Assembly (NCBI RefSeq): GCF_000002075.1
Contig: NW_004797720.1
Span: 525,813 to 589,812, forward strand
DNA length: 64,000 nucleotides
Source of the DNA: Aplysia californica
Lineage: Eukaryota
Direction of reading: 5' to 3'
The notes beneath the pieces are model-generated. The model did not search any database. It was not told the origin of the DNA and saw only the letters and a list, made by a program, of their open reading frames with translations. Positions 10,601-23,300 of the stretch are shown here, in pieces (the first letter of the stretch is position 1; every line of letters begins with the position of its first letter). The translations under genes and the position numbers were made by a program.

Positions 10601-13600
10601 TACTCTCTTGTAACACCTCTAATCTTTGACACTTATATGACCTTATTGTGTTGCAAGTGCCGTAAAACTCTTTATTAAACTAAACTAAACTTTCTCTGTG
10701 TATTGTAAGAAGTCCCGAGGTTGTGTGAGCACTGTTGGTATACGTACCATTTCTGATCAAAAATTTGTTTTCTTAATAATGAATGTTTCAAATTGTATAC
10801 ATGAGGCAATTAATGATAGAAACACAATATTCATCAATTATACTTTTTTTTTTTTAGTCTTCTTGAATGGAGTAAATTGTTTTGTTTTTTAAAAATCATA
10901 AACATGTGTTGCCATTTTGCTATTGCTACTGAATTTGTCACAAAGGCTGTTCAAACTTCAGCTAAAAGACACATTTACATTTTTGTGTTCCAGATTTTTT
11001 CGCAGGCCTGAGGGATGGCAGTGGCAGAATTTCTCGTGAAAAATTTCTTTATTTCATTGATGATTTAATGCAGGTAGTTTATTTTTTCATGATTTATTAC
11101 TCTTCATTAAAATTCACACTCGCTTACATTTCACGGGTTTTATAAATGTGCATTTTGTTCATAATACAAGCATAACGATTCTTTTTTTTAAAACTTTCTT
11201 TTGTCTTTTTTTTTTTTTTGGTGATCTTGTTTTTATTAATTTGTGTTTGAATTAACAGGGTTTACATGTGTGGGACAATACATCCTCAACATAAGTGTAA
11301 TATACATGTACTATCTTTTTGTTAAAGAAAATTTAGATACAAGATCTCATTTCTATAGTCAGTGCAGCATCAGCATGTCCCAAGCATTATCTGCGTCTTG
11401 TGGAACTGTAATGAATCATGAGTGAATAGTATTTGAATTCGTGTAAATTTTCTTTTGTGATTTCAAATTTTAATAAATAGTTTTTTTTCCTTTTTTTTTG
11501 TCTAATTGTGAAGATAACAGATACAATAAAGGAAAGCACTGCCTTTGGGCGGAATCTTACTGCTGCTGTCGACAGCTGTTTCAAATTGGTGAGTACAGAT
11601 TATGTTGTTAGAAAGAAAATGTTTTGTCTTAAATTTCGTCTACGGGGTGGAAAGGGCATTTTGTTCATACAACTGAAGAGATTATCATTTTGAGGGGTGT
11701 TTTTTTCCCCTGTTTTTACCAGTGTTCTGTGTCTGGGTAATCTTTTGCAGAAAAGGAGTCGCATATCATCACATTTTTGCAACCATGTGTCTTTTTTTTT
11801 ATGATTCTGAGTATTTGTCGCTAGACCTTGAAATCTGCAGATGAAATGACCTTGGTGATTATTCTGAATGTGTTGCGTTTGAAAAATGTATACTCTGTCT
11901 TTTTTTTTTTTGTTGGTCTTTCAAAATGTTATAATGTAATGCAAATTTTAATATACTTTCAGTATTTAAAAATTATCTCTATTTATAAACAAAAAGTGTC
12001 AAATAACTCTTTAATATATGTACATTCGACCAATGCAAGACATACGAGGTACTAAAATTTTGTACTTTTTAAAAGAAATGTTAAAGCACACATGTTTTTT
12101 TCCCCCCATCCACATATATATATGTGTGTCATGACGCTGTGGAATTGGACACTCATCAATTTTTGGGCATGTGGAGCTATTGGTATCATCATAAAGCTTG
12201 TTCTTTTGTCTTGATTTAGGGGAAAATAATTCCCAGCTATCTTGAATAGAAGTTGAGATATTTACGATTGAAGGATGTGGGGCTCGCCTGTTGTCAGAGG
12301 TAAAATTAGTAAGCGAATGACCACCAAAGTTTGGTAACTTCAACAGCTTGAGAGTCCTTGAAAACTGAAAAGTGACATATTTTATGCCTTTAAACAACGT
12401 TTTTTGGTAACATTCACTTGAAAATGTGTTTTTATATTTAGTTCTACATAAAAGATGCTAAGCCGAAAAAACAAAATTCTATAAAAATTGCCCAACGTGC
12501 AGAAAAATTCTGTTTTCTTTAATTTCGTTATTTTGACGAGCGTCTGATTTCACCATGCTGCCTCACAATGTCTTCTTTTTTTTTTTAACTTTATTTGGTT
12601 GTAGAATTGACTGTGATCTAGACAATATGCAGGGGCTCTTGTGGCCTAGAGGTTAAGATGTTGGCCTCTCATTCAAAAGGTCCTGGGTTCGAATGCGGGT
12701 AGCGACCGAAAAATTTTCTTCTCTAAAATTGTCTCCTTTCACATTCTTTCCTGCTCTCTAGCAATGTTCTGTTGTCTGCTTTCATTTCCACTTTCTGCCC
12801 CCACCCCCTCACCTCCTTTGCCCCCTCCTCTGGGCTCCTGACTCTTTCTGCAGCCTTTCTACTGCTACTCATTGGCTCCTCCTAACTGCTGTCTTTCTGC
12901 CACACCCCAGATCTTCTGGTAGGAAAGATCTACACCTAGCCTTCTCGGACAAGGGCGAAAAATCTCGGAGGGCCCGTGTGCAAGTTGCGCACGTTAAAGA
13001 TCCCTTGGTGGTCTAAAATCGATAAGAGTAGGCTTCGGCCGCCACCCGGGCAAAATTCAAAATTTCCTACCAACTGAAAATATTAGGTGTGTCCATATGA
13101 CCTTATGCAGTTGCGAGCGCCGTAAAACACTTTACAAAAACAAAACAAGACAATATGCATCTGTATTTGTTTTGATCCCATTGCAGGAGACCAGCTCCTC
13201 CCCCCTCACTGTGAGTGAGGACACATTTTATTCTTGGCTGCTGAAGGAACCGCAGACTCTGGTCTGGCTACCAACTCTTCACCGAGTCATAGCCACAGAA
13301 TCAAGTATGATGCTTTCTTCTTGAACCCTATTTATGTTTATGGGTTGACATAATTTATCTGCAGGGGTAGACGTACTAAAACTGATTTTAAAATGTTGAA
13401 GCAAGAAAATGTTTGCTCAAAATTCATGAAAGAGATTCAGCGACCTTTAGAAAATCCAAGTGAATATTTAAAGACTTTTTCAGCATAAAGTGGTGCTTCA
13501 AAAAGAAAGAATTGTTTTCATAGTGCTACAAAGTGTATTGCTCGTCTTTGTACCAGGAGCTTTTTATAAATGTTTTTGCTTTTGTTGTGATTTCAGTTCA

Positions 13601-16600
13601 ACACGAAGTCAGATGTGCCGCTTGCAGAAGTATGCCTATCACTGGTTTCAGGTATATAGTCACATTTGAGCTAAAAGACATCCTCCCGTTTCTTCTTTTT
13701 CACTTTGAATTCTGTTATTGTTGGGGGGTTTTTCATGTCCTGTTCATTATATGACTTGCCATTAATTTTTTTTCTTGAGTACTTGAATGTAGAACTGGGG
13801 TCTCAGGAAGATGGGGTGCTCCATGCTTCCTGGCCCCTCTTCATAAGAGTCCATTTCTGTGTGGGCAGGCTGATTGTCTCCATCATCAGCTGGTTGTTGT
13901 AGTGTGTGATTGTCTCCATCATCAGCTGGTTGTTGTAGTGTGTGATTGTCTCCATCATCAGCTGGTTGCTGTAGTGTGTGATTGTCTCCATCATCAGCTG
14001 GTTGTTGTAGTGTGTGATTGTCTCCATCATCAGCTGGTTGTTGTAGTGTGTGATTGTCTCCATCATCAGCTGGTTGTTGTAGTGTGTGATTGTCTCCATC
14101 ATCAGCTGGTTGTTGTAGTGTGTGATTGTCTCTATCATCAGCTGGTTGTTGTAGTGTGTGATTGTCTCTATCATCAGCTGGTTGTTGTAGTGTGTGATTG
14201 TCTCTATCATCAGCTGGTTGTTGTAGTGTGTGATTGTCTCTATCATCAGCTGGTTGTTGTAGTGTGTGATTGTCTCTATCATCAGCTGGTTGTTGTAGTG
14301 TGTGATTGTCTCCATCATCAGCTGGTTGTTGTAGCGTCTGATTAGGTCACGCAGGCTGCTCCTCCACCTTCTTGTTCTCTTGTTAAAGCCTTATGGTGGA
14401 CCAAATAATTATAAAATTACAATTTCTCATCGTATATTACTTCATATGAGGGATTCATTATTCCAATTCCTAGTTGTATGGGACCAAACTTGTTAGCTAT
14501 GCAAGTTTGTAATTTGTAATCTAAGAAGCTAATATCTTACCCATGTTTTCAGGGGAATAGTGAATCTAAAATGTAAGGAATAAGCATTGTTTCGAACTTG
14601 ATTCACCATACTTACGTAGAGGCTAATTAAGTATCTTGTTTAGTTAAGCGTTAAATTGATGGAACAACTATTGCTTTTGTTTGAGGTGTGGTAACATTGA
14701 CATTTGTTCTCTTTGCTGTCACTAAATCTAGTTGTAGAAGCTCTTGACAATGTATCGGTATTTTATCCTGTTGAGTAGTTTCTCACAATGAGAGGCCTTC
14801 AAGGACTGTGTCTCTCATTCCTAATAAGAGACAATACCTTTCATATTGTTTGTCTTTATGGATGCAGGTTTTTTGTCACAGCTTTTAAAATATCCATCTT
14901 GAAATTATATCGATTCTATCTCGTTAGAAAGGAAATAGGTATTAGAGATGGCTGTGAAATGCTGATTTGCAATAGGAATAGTTAAACTTTGCGTCTTAAA
15001 GTATTTCGGTGGTGAACATGATTGTAACATATTTTTGGCTCGATCGAAGTCAAGCAGTTCCTTACATTGGTAAGATTTAATTTTTTCTCACTCCTCCAGG
15101 TATCGCTGCTTACAGTGTCTCAGATATGACTTGTGCCAAAAGTGTTTCCTGCTAGGCCGCACCTCACTCTCTCACAAACTGAAACATCCGATGCAAGAGT
15201 ACTGCTTTCCTGTAAGTGACCCACGCAAAGTTTGTTATTCTCAGCTCACATTTGGAAAAGATACATCTAAAATGAAACACCCACAGAAAACATTGTGATT
15301 TTTATCATGTAGTCTAAGATGTACATTGTATTTTATGTTGTAAATCTTCTTAAAGACAAAGAGAAATATGAGATGAATACATAAGGAGAAAAAGTTAGAT
15401 TTTTGTTGATAAATGAGGTGTTTAAAAATATTATGTCACCTTGAAGTCACTCACAAATCAAACATGCATACGTGTAGATGAGCTATAAACTAAAGGAATT
15501 TTTTTGCAGATGAAGGTGACAAGAACTTAAAATCATTTGTACAAGATAAAGTATTTTGTGTACACTTAACTGGGATATGCATCAACCCTCAGAGCAAGTT
15601 TGGAATACAGGCAAATTTTCAAGCTGTTCTCTTTAAGCAGCAGATTGTTCAATCATTGTTATTTTCTGCAGACAACTGCTAAAGAAGATGCTAAGGCTGT
15701 CTTGAAAATTGTGCGGAATAAACTGAGCAAGAAGCACAGAAGTCGGACCAAAGTGACCTACTTACCAGTGGATGGCTCGGGAGACCACCAAGCCTTTGCA
15801 GTCGATTGGTACAATTTTCCAACATTTTTGTCTCACTCAAACACTCTTTTGTTTTAACTTGAGCTTTTGGCATGCTTTCTTTGTCAATAGAAAGTTCATG
15901 TGGTTTTCTCTACAACTGTTTTTACTAGACTAAAACTTTGCCTAGGTTTTTAAAAAAATATTATACTTTTGGCATATTAACTAACCTTTAGTAATGTACA
16001 GAGATAATGCTTTGACGTTTTGGTTCTTGTGGTTTTTGACTGTTTATTATATTCTACTATACCTCCGTCAGATTCTTAGGTCAGTCCTTTTGTACGGGAA
16101 AGTGTTAAAATTAAAGTTGGTCTAAATTTCAATCAAGTGACAGGCTCTTTCTAACCATTTATGCGAGTTCTAAAATTTGTTGATGTGCAATTTTCTTTGA
16201 TGATAAGTTGGTGCTGATTGTCTATATTGATACTAATACTATTACTATACATTTTCTGAGGTTGCCACTCTTCATAATGTCAGCTTTGTTCATTTTTCAT
16301 GTTGCAACAATTGCTTTGTTGGCAGAGGAAAGAATTTTTATAATTTCTCAATCTTGCAAATGCTGGATGTGATGGTTATCGTTGTTACTGGTTGTAAGCG
16401 TGGACTTACTAATATGTTGTATTTGAACTGGTTATGAGATGAGAAATCTTACAGTTGTTTGTTGTGATCCTTGTCTGGTTTTGCATGTCTCATTGTGACT
16501 TGTTGCCCATTTGTGTACTATCAGGCAACCAAGAGGTCTTGGGACTTACGCTGGAGCGCCTCATACCCGCTCCACAGACTCAGGCCTGGCTGGCAGTTCG

Positions 16601-19600
16601 GACTACGGAGATTCTTTGTGCGGTGATGGACTTCGGGTCAGTCGACCTGTCGAGGTGTTGGGAGAACCGTGCCAGTCTAGCAGTCCGTTTTTCAAGTACA
16701 GAGCAGTGAGTGGGGCTTCAAAATCATTTGACTCTATTATGCTTCTGCTTTTGAGGTTAAAAAAACAAACTAAGATGAACATTTGTTTATCACTGGACTT
16801 TGTTAGCCCTAAGCACTGGATCGTTGAAAGTTTTTGTATATCTGTTTTGATGTAGTTACTCTTTTTATCATCCTCCCTCTTACCTTTCTCTAACTCAAAC
16901 GTTTTTTTCATGTTAATCATGTCTGTTCTAGCTTTGCACTTTGTCATATTGTCTTGTTGATCTATTGATATTTGCTGCATTGGCAGTGCTCAGTAATAGT
17001 TTGTTCCACGTTTATCTTCAACTTGGCGTTAAGCAGAAGAGCTGCATACCGGTAATTAGTGTCGGTGATAACCACTTCAAAGAACAGCAAACCCATTTTT
17101 GTCACAGCTTGAGATTCCCATTGATGGATTTTCAAAATTGTGCTTAAGATGTTTTCTACATTCTGAAAGACGACCAGTGCCATCGCTCATGTTTCTTTAT
17201 ACGATTTTTGTCAGAGCCAGAGATGTTACAATTTATAGATATCGTACAAAAGTGAAAAACTTAAAAAGTTGAAATGGATGTAGTAGATGCTGATTACCGA
17301 AATCTGTGTGTAAAACTTTTGTAGAAATGGTCTTTGAGATACAGCCTGACATCAGCATAAAACTCACTTCTCAATCAATAGTTTTTGTCAACCTTTTCCT
17401 TGTGGTCTGTGACTTTTGTTGTTGTTTTGTTTGCTCCTCTTCATCATGCACTTTGGATAGGTGAATGTTTCATCTACCGTCTCTGTGATGTGCTTCAGAT
17501 TTCTTGAGCGGGACAGATTATATTGACTTTGTGTCTGAGAACCACATTCGTTACATCTCTTTTTATTTTGTTTCCACTTTTCCCCCCTACAACCTTCCCA
17601 CACTGTTCTGCATTTCACGGGAATTGAGTTTGCTAGAAAATTTTATTTTATGGTCTTAGTAGTCGTTCCCTGCTTACTGTTTCCATTATTCATTCTTTTT
17701 CTTTCAATTAAAACACCAAAAGACAGGAAATGAAGAGCTTTCAAAGAGGGATATACAAACCCAGCAGAAACTAATGGCCTTGACGATTGAGCAGCTGAGA
17801 CAAGAAAACTGGTAACTTTATTTCTCATCTCAAATGTGGTTTGTCTTTGAAGTGTGTCTTTAGATTACCATATCACGACCTCAGTGACCTCAGTGCTTTC
17901 TTGTCGTATCTCCATTTTTTTAAACAATGAAAATGTGACATCTTTTTAATTCACTCTTTTTTATGAACTATTTCGAATGGAAATGCGACAAGGAAGCACC
18001 AAGGTCGCAATTTTCTATAAAAACTGATAACATGAACTGAAGGGAACCAGAGAATTTCTTTGTGCTAAGCAGATTTTGTGTTAAGGAAAGTTGCAATGGA
18101 TAGAATAAAGGGGGAGCAATAAAGACAACAGGGCTTTGGAATCCTTTCATGGTATCTGAAATTTGTATTAATCTTTTATCCTGGCCATACCCCCACGGAC
18201 TCTGTACCCGTCCTGGGGCCACCGCACCGTATGAGTTGGAATTGAGTGTGTATTTCAAAGTGCTATATTTCTTACATTTACTCGTAGGTTTTAAGGAAAT
18301 TTGGCAGTTATGTTAGAAATTGAATGTAGTTTTTGTAAATAAATGTATGTGGTTAGGAATTACACGAATGGCACCGTGTAGATTTTGAGGTGTAGGCTAT
18401 TCCACCTTCCATCTTGACCCTGACTGCCGCACCCACGACGTCCCTTGAATTTATAGGTCTAGCCCTACCCATCGGTACTGCACGAATTCCTGCACTGACC
18501 CCTTCACCATGATCGGAATGGCTATTACATGAGAGTAATTCCTGTTTGTTGTCATCCATAACGGAATTTACGGCACTTGATTCAGAGTCACTTTCATCAA
18601 ATTAGTCTCATTCCCCCTCACATATCAGTGCCACTTAAAAAAGTACTTGGTCGGTCGTAAACGTACGTTTTCGAGACATCTTTCAAGCTTCTACACCCAT
18701 CAAAAACAAAGAAACGGCTGTGAATTAGAAAATTTAAATATTCAGACAGAGCTAGCATCGCCGTATTTGCATATTTTGGTAATTACAAGCAGAGCTAGCT
18801 TCTTTGACGTTACCGTATAGCTGTTCTGAGTTTACTCGTAGCCCGGACTGGTCCTCGTTACGACTCATAACCCGGATAGAGAGAGTTAAATAGCTCTGTG
18901 TGAAATAAAGTCCAGGGTATACGGTTTTTATCAGGGGGAGATTATGTAGGAATGTAAAGCAACTGTTTGTGATTTTTCAACTGTGTTTACTTCCCTCTAT
19001 ATGTGTGTATATATGTATGAATAAAGCTAGTAGATGATATCAGTGTGTCATTTTTTTAAAAAGTTTTTATGTGGATATTCCCCAGAAAGATCTTGTCAGT
19101 TGTTCATAATAGTTTTTTCTACTACAATGCAAGTTATTTTATTTATGTATGTGGCCTATTTTGTTCACTCAGGTCTTGCGTAGTGTCCCTTTCCCTCCTT
19201 TGATAAGGGGGATGTGCAAGACTTTAAAATTGTCTCTTTGTCTGTAGTGACATTATCATTCTTGTCACTGAGTGTTTTAACTGGTGCTTGTCTACAGGAG
19301 AGGACACTCCGTGAACAAAGAAGTAGAAAGGGCATTTTATTATTTTATTTTTCTCTGTCGTGACCAGGCCGTCATTTACATCTTGCCCTTTTTATACAAT
19401 GGTGAGGGAGAGAATAATGGGAGAAAATGTGTTTTTAAGGAGAATTGTATCTGTCTAAACCGGAAATGAAGAACTGAATGATAAGCTTACAGTCCAAAAA
19501 ATCAACTCCTCTTTGCGCCCAGGAGATGTGTCAGCCATTATGCAAAATAAAGGAAGGACAAATGTTTGTTTCATATCATACTTTCTGATTTTTGTCATGC

Positions 19601-20347
19601 ATTTTATTGTACAGGCTTACATTGGTTGGGTATGCATGTCTGTTTGTTTCTTACCATTCATCCATGTCTTTTCTTTTTTCTTTTTCAGTCTACTTCAGAC
19701 AAAGCTTCGAGATTTAGAAAGAGGCTTTTCGACTGACTCCTCAGAAGAGGAACAGGTATGGTGAAAGAAAAGCCAAAATTGACATTCATTTTTGTAGAAG
19801 AAATTGACAATTTGCTTTCATAAGCTTGTGTGACATGAAATACGTGTCAGCACACATATGAAACGTGTCAGCACACATATGAAACGTGTCAGCACACATA
19901 TGAAACGTGTCAGCACACATATGAAACGTAAACGTGCCAGCACACATATGAAACGTGTCAGCACACATATGAAACGTAAACGTGCCAGCACACATATGAA
20001 ACGTGTCAGCACACATATGAAATGTGTCAGCACACATATGAAATGTGTCAGCACACATATGAAACGTGGCAGCACACATATGAAATGTGTCAGCACACAT
20101 ATGAAACGTGCCAGCACACATATGAAACGTGTCAGCACACATATGAAATGTGTCAGCACGCATATGAAACGTGGCAGCACACATATGAAACGTGGCAGCA
20201 CACATATGAAACGTCATATGAAACGTGGCAGCACACATATGAAACGTGGCAGCACACATATGAAACGTCATATGAAACGTGGCAGCACACATATGAAACG
20301 TGGCAGCACACATATGAAACGTATATTAATATTATTTTCCCCTCCCT

Positions 20348-20385
<38 letters not shown>

Positions 20386-23300
20386 GTTTGTCTTTCCGAC
20401 CTCTGTATCTANNNNNNNNNNNNNNNNNNNNNNNNNNNNNNNNNNNNNNNNNNNNNNNNNNNNNNNNNNNNNNNNNNNNNNNNNNNNNNNNNNNNNNNNN
20501 NNNNNNNNNNNNNNNNNNNNNNNNNNNNNNNNNNNNNNNNNTCTACTTCCTCTTTCTCATTTTCTCTCTGCCTCTCTCTCAGCATTTTCTAAGATGCTAT
20601 CATATATGCGCACGAGGACATGAATAACCTAGTCAAGATGCATGTGGGTTGTTTTTTCTGTGCTGCTCTCAGGTGATAACCCCTTAACTGTATTGTCGAC
20701 AGCAGTCTTGGGCCCTTCTTAGGATTACATAATAAGCATAGCATTAGAGGGGTTAATAGCTAAGGGTCATGGTACAGTCCATGATGTTTTTCTCTTTCAG
20801 GATCTACCTACTGGTTCCCCCATCAGCCCCATCAACGAGACACGTAAGACTTCTGCTGCCACTTCTGGACTGAGTGTTGTCGGCAGTTCTGCTGATGTAG
20901 CAGCCCCTGAGACAACTCTCAACATCGTTGGGATTTACACCCCAGTCGTTTCTTCCTTACCTCCCCCTGATATGGCAGAAGGAAATATGACAGGGGAGTC
21001 TGTTGCGGAAAATAAGACAGGGTATACGACAGAGACGTCGGACGACCTTGGCCTGGCCTACACGATGAGTGACATGACGCTCTCCTCAAAAGTCGCAGAT
21101 CCAGGAGTGACGCAGGAATCTTTACGAAAATCTGGAAACTCTTTGGGTGACCTCTCCAGCTCAGGTGTTGCCGATGGATTAGGTTACCGTTCGGGTGACA
21201 TGTCGCTGTATATTTCTGAACCTTGCGTTGCGTCTTTGATGAGACCAGAGACGAATGACCAAGGAATGTCTAAATCATTTCTTCAAACTAAAAGCGAGGA
21301 CAGTTTTGACTGTCCTGAGATGCAGGGTGGCAAGTCAGAGGACAATGATAAAATAAGGAAATTCACAGATTTGGAAATCCTTTCTCCAGTTAAAAAAGAA
21401 GGCAACAGGAACTCGCCCAAGAGCCGGGATACTTCGATTAGTCTGAGCCCCTCCAGAGACTGTGACTTAAGTGACATCGAATCTGATCTGGAATCTAATC
21501 TTGAACAAACACCATGGACAAGTAGAACGCCTGATATTTTCAATGATTTTGATAAGAAAATGCAATCTTCAGCAGCATTCCCAAGCCAGGATGTTACTGG
21601 GAAGGCTGACAGCCCCGCACCAGGGGTCTCAAATCTCAAACCCGAGACTTCTGTGAGAAGTTCGATGGCTCCCGTTCATATGTCCACTCCTGTCTGTGAC
21701 ACAGCTAAGAGAAGTGCGGCAGCCAGGGCCTCTGGCGTCAAACTCCCGAAATCTCACAATAGGGGAGAAGACAAAGAAAACCAGGGCACAGACGTTGGCT
21801 CGGGGACTAAAAAGATGAGATTGGATGACAAGGCAGGTGTGTTGCCCACTGCTGCGACTCCTCTGTCTGCCATTCCTGTGGGGCACAGAAGAAAAATCCT
21901 AGCTTCCAGCCGTTTGGCTACTCCCAATTTCAGCCAAAGCTGTCAGAATCTGACTCATCACAGCGCGGGTGGCTTGTCGGCCATGTTTACCGAGGCAGAA
22001 CTGAAAGCTTGTGACACCGGTGGGGACACAATGGTGACGGTGGACAAGGAGGAGATGGAGAAGATGCTGAGAGAGTTCCAGAAGGATGGGAGTCCGTGGA
22101 ACGGCACCGATGGTGAGACTTTTTTTTTGTCTGCTGCCTAGGAATGCGTGTTTTGAATGGGATTTTTCTTAAAGTAATATATTCTGTGTCGAGTTTTGCA
22201 TTTTTCTTAACACATTTTGTACCTCACACCTGTGTGGAGTTTTGAACTTTTTGTACCACATTTTGTATCTGGCATGGGGATTCCCAGTTCTCACGACATG
22301 GGGAAATCTCCATGCATGATATGAAATATGTTAAATAAATGCTGAAAATTCTGCACTGTTGTGCTCATCAGTTCTAAACGGTTACGATTTGTAGAAAAAT
22401 TTTAGAACTGTATTTCATCCATTGTGTTAATTATTGATGGCTTTAGAAGCAAGACTTCTTTTCTCATCTTGTTTTTTTGTTTGTTTGAAGGCAGTACCAC
22501 CAATTTTGCTGTAAATGGTTTTGTATGGTGGTCTTGAAAGACTTACTTATGAGCACTTTGCTATTCCCAAAAAGGAAATTTGGTTTTTTAAGTGCAATGT
22601 TGTGATATGTAATCAAAATGCAACATCGGAGTAAAATATGATTTCATCATCCATTCCCACTAGTGCAGTGTGCTGGTGAGTGTTTCTAACACTCATGCAC
22701 CATTGCAGGATATCACTGGATAGTTCCTGTCTCCGTCTCCCCCTGCCCCCCCCTCCTTGCAAATAGTGTGGTAGTTACTAAATAGAATCCACAGCGGAAG
22801 TAGGTGCTTATGTTCATTTATAATGTGACATAGTTTAGTAGTAGTAGTAGTAGTATAGGGTTTTACGGTGTTTTAATGACATAGTTTAGTAGTAGTAGTA
22901 GTAGTAGTATAGGGTTTTACGGTGTTTTAATGACATAGTTTACTGTGGTGTCCTTTCTTCTGTCCTCTTTGTTTTTTAAATGCTCAGGGCAATGTGCTTT
23001 CTTTTGTGTGTAAAGACTTTGTGTTTTGCTTGGCAGTTGTCAAATACCAAAGCAAACCAGAAATAAAGTACTGTTCAGCAAGAAGTCACTTAAACACTGC
23101 ACTGTAACTGTTTGGAACTGTGTTTGAACGGAAGCCAGGTTCGAAGAGCCAAGTTATTGTTGAGTTAGGCCTACTTTTTTGCTACTTCCCTTGCAGTGTT
23201 TGTCTTGCTTTTTCCCCCAGCACTAAACATAAATGTACTTTTTTATTGTTTATTATGCCCCAACAGGCTGACCAATTAAATGTCTAACTGGTAAATGATC

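Noticed and set aside
12632-12706. tRNA gene
   Set aside because: No proper acceptor stem or terminator; it is the head of a TSD-flanked SINE.
13803-14345. Repetitive ORFs on both strands and a CRISPR-like 36-bp periodicity
   Set aside because: Head-to-tail minisatellite with no spacers, inside an intron of a eukaryotic gene.
19786-20627. Several 127-244 aa ORFs (MKRVSTH, CADTFHM repeats)
   Set aside because: Translations of a 21-bp minisatellite, some running into an N gap.
20972-22141. Stand-alone 389-aa single-exon gene
   Set aside because: It is the interior of an exon bounded by an acceptor at 20801 and a donor at 22112.
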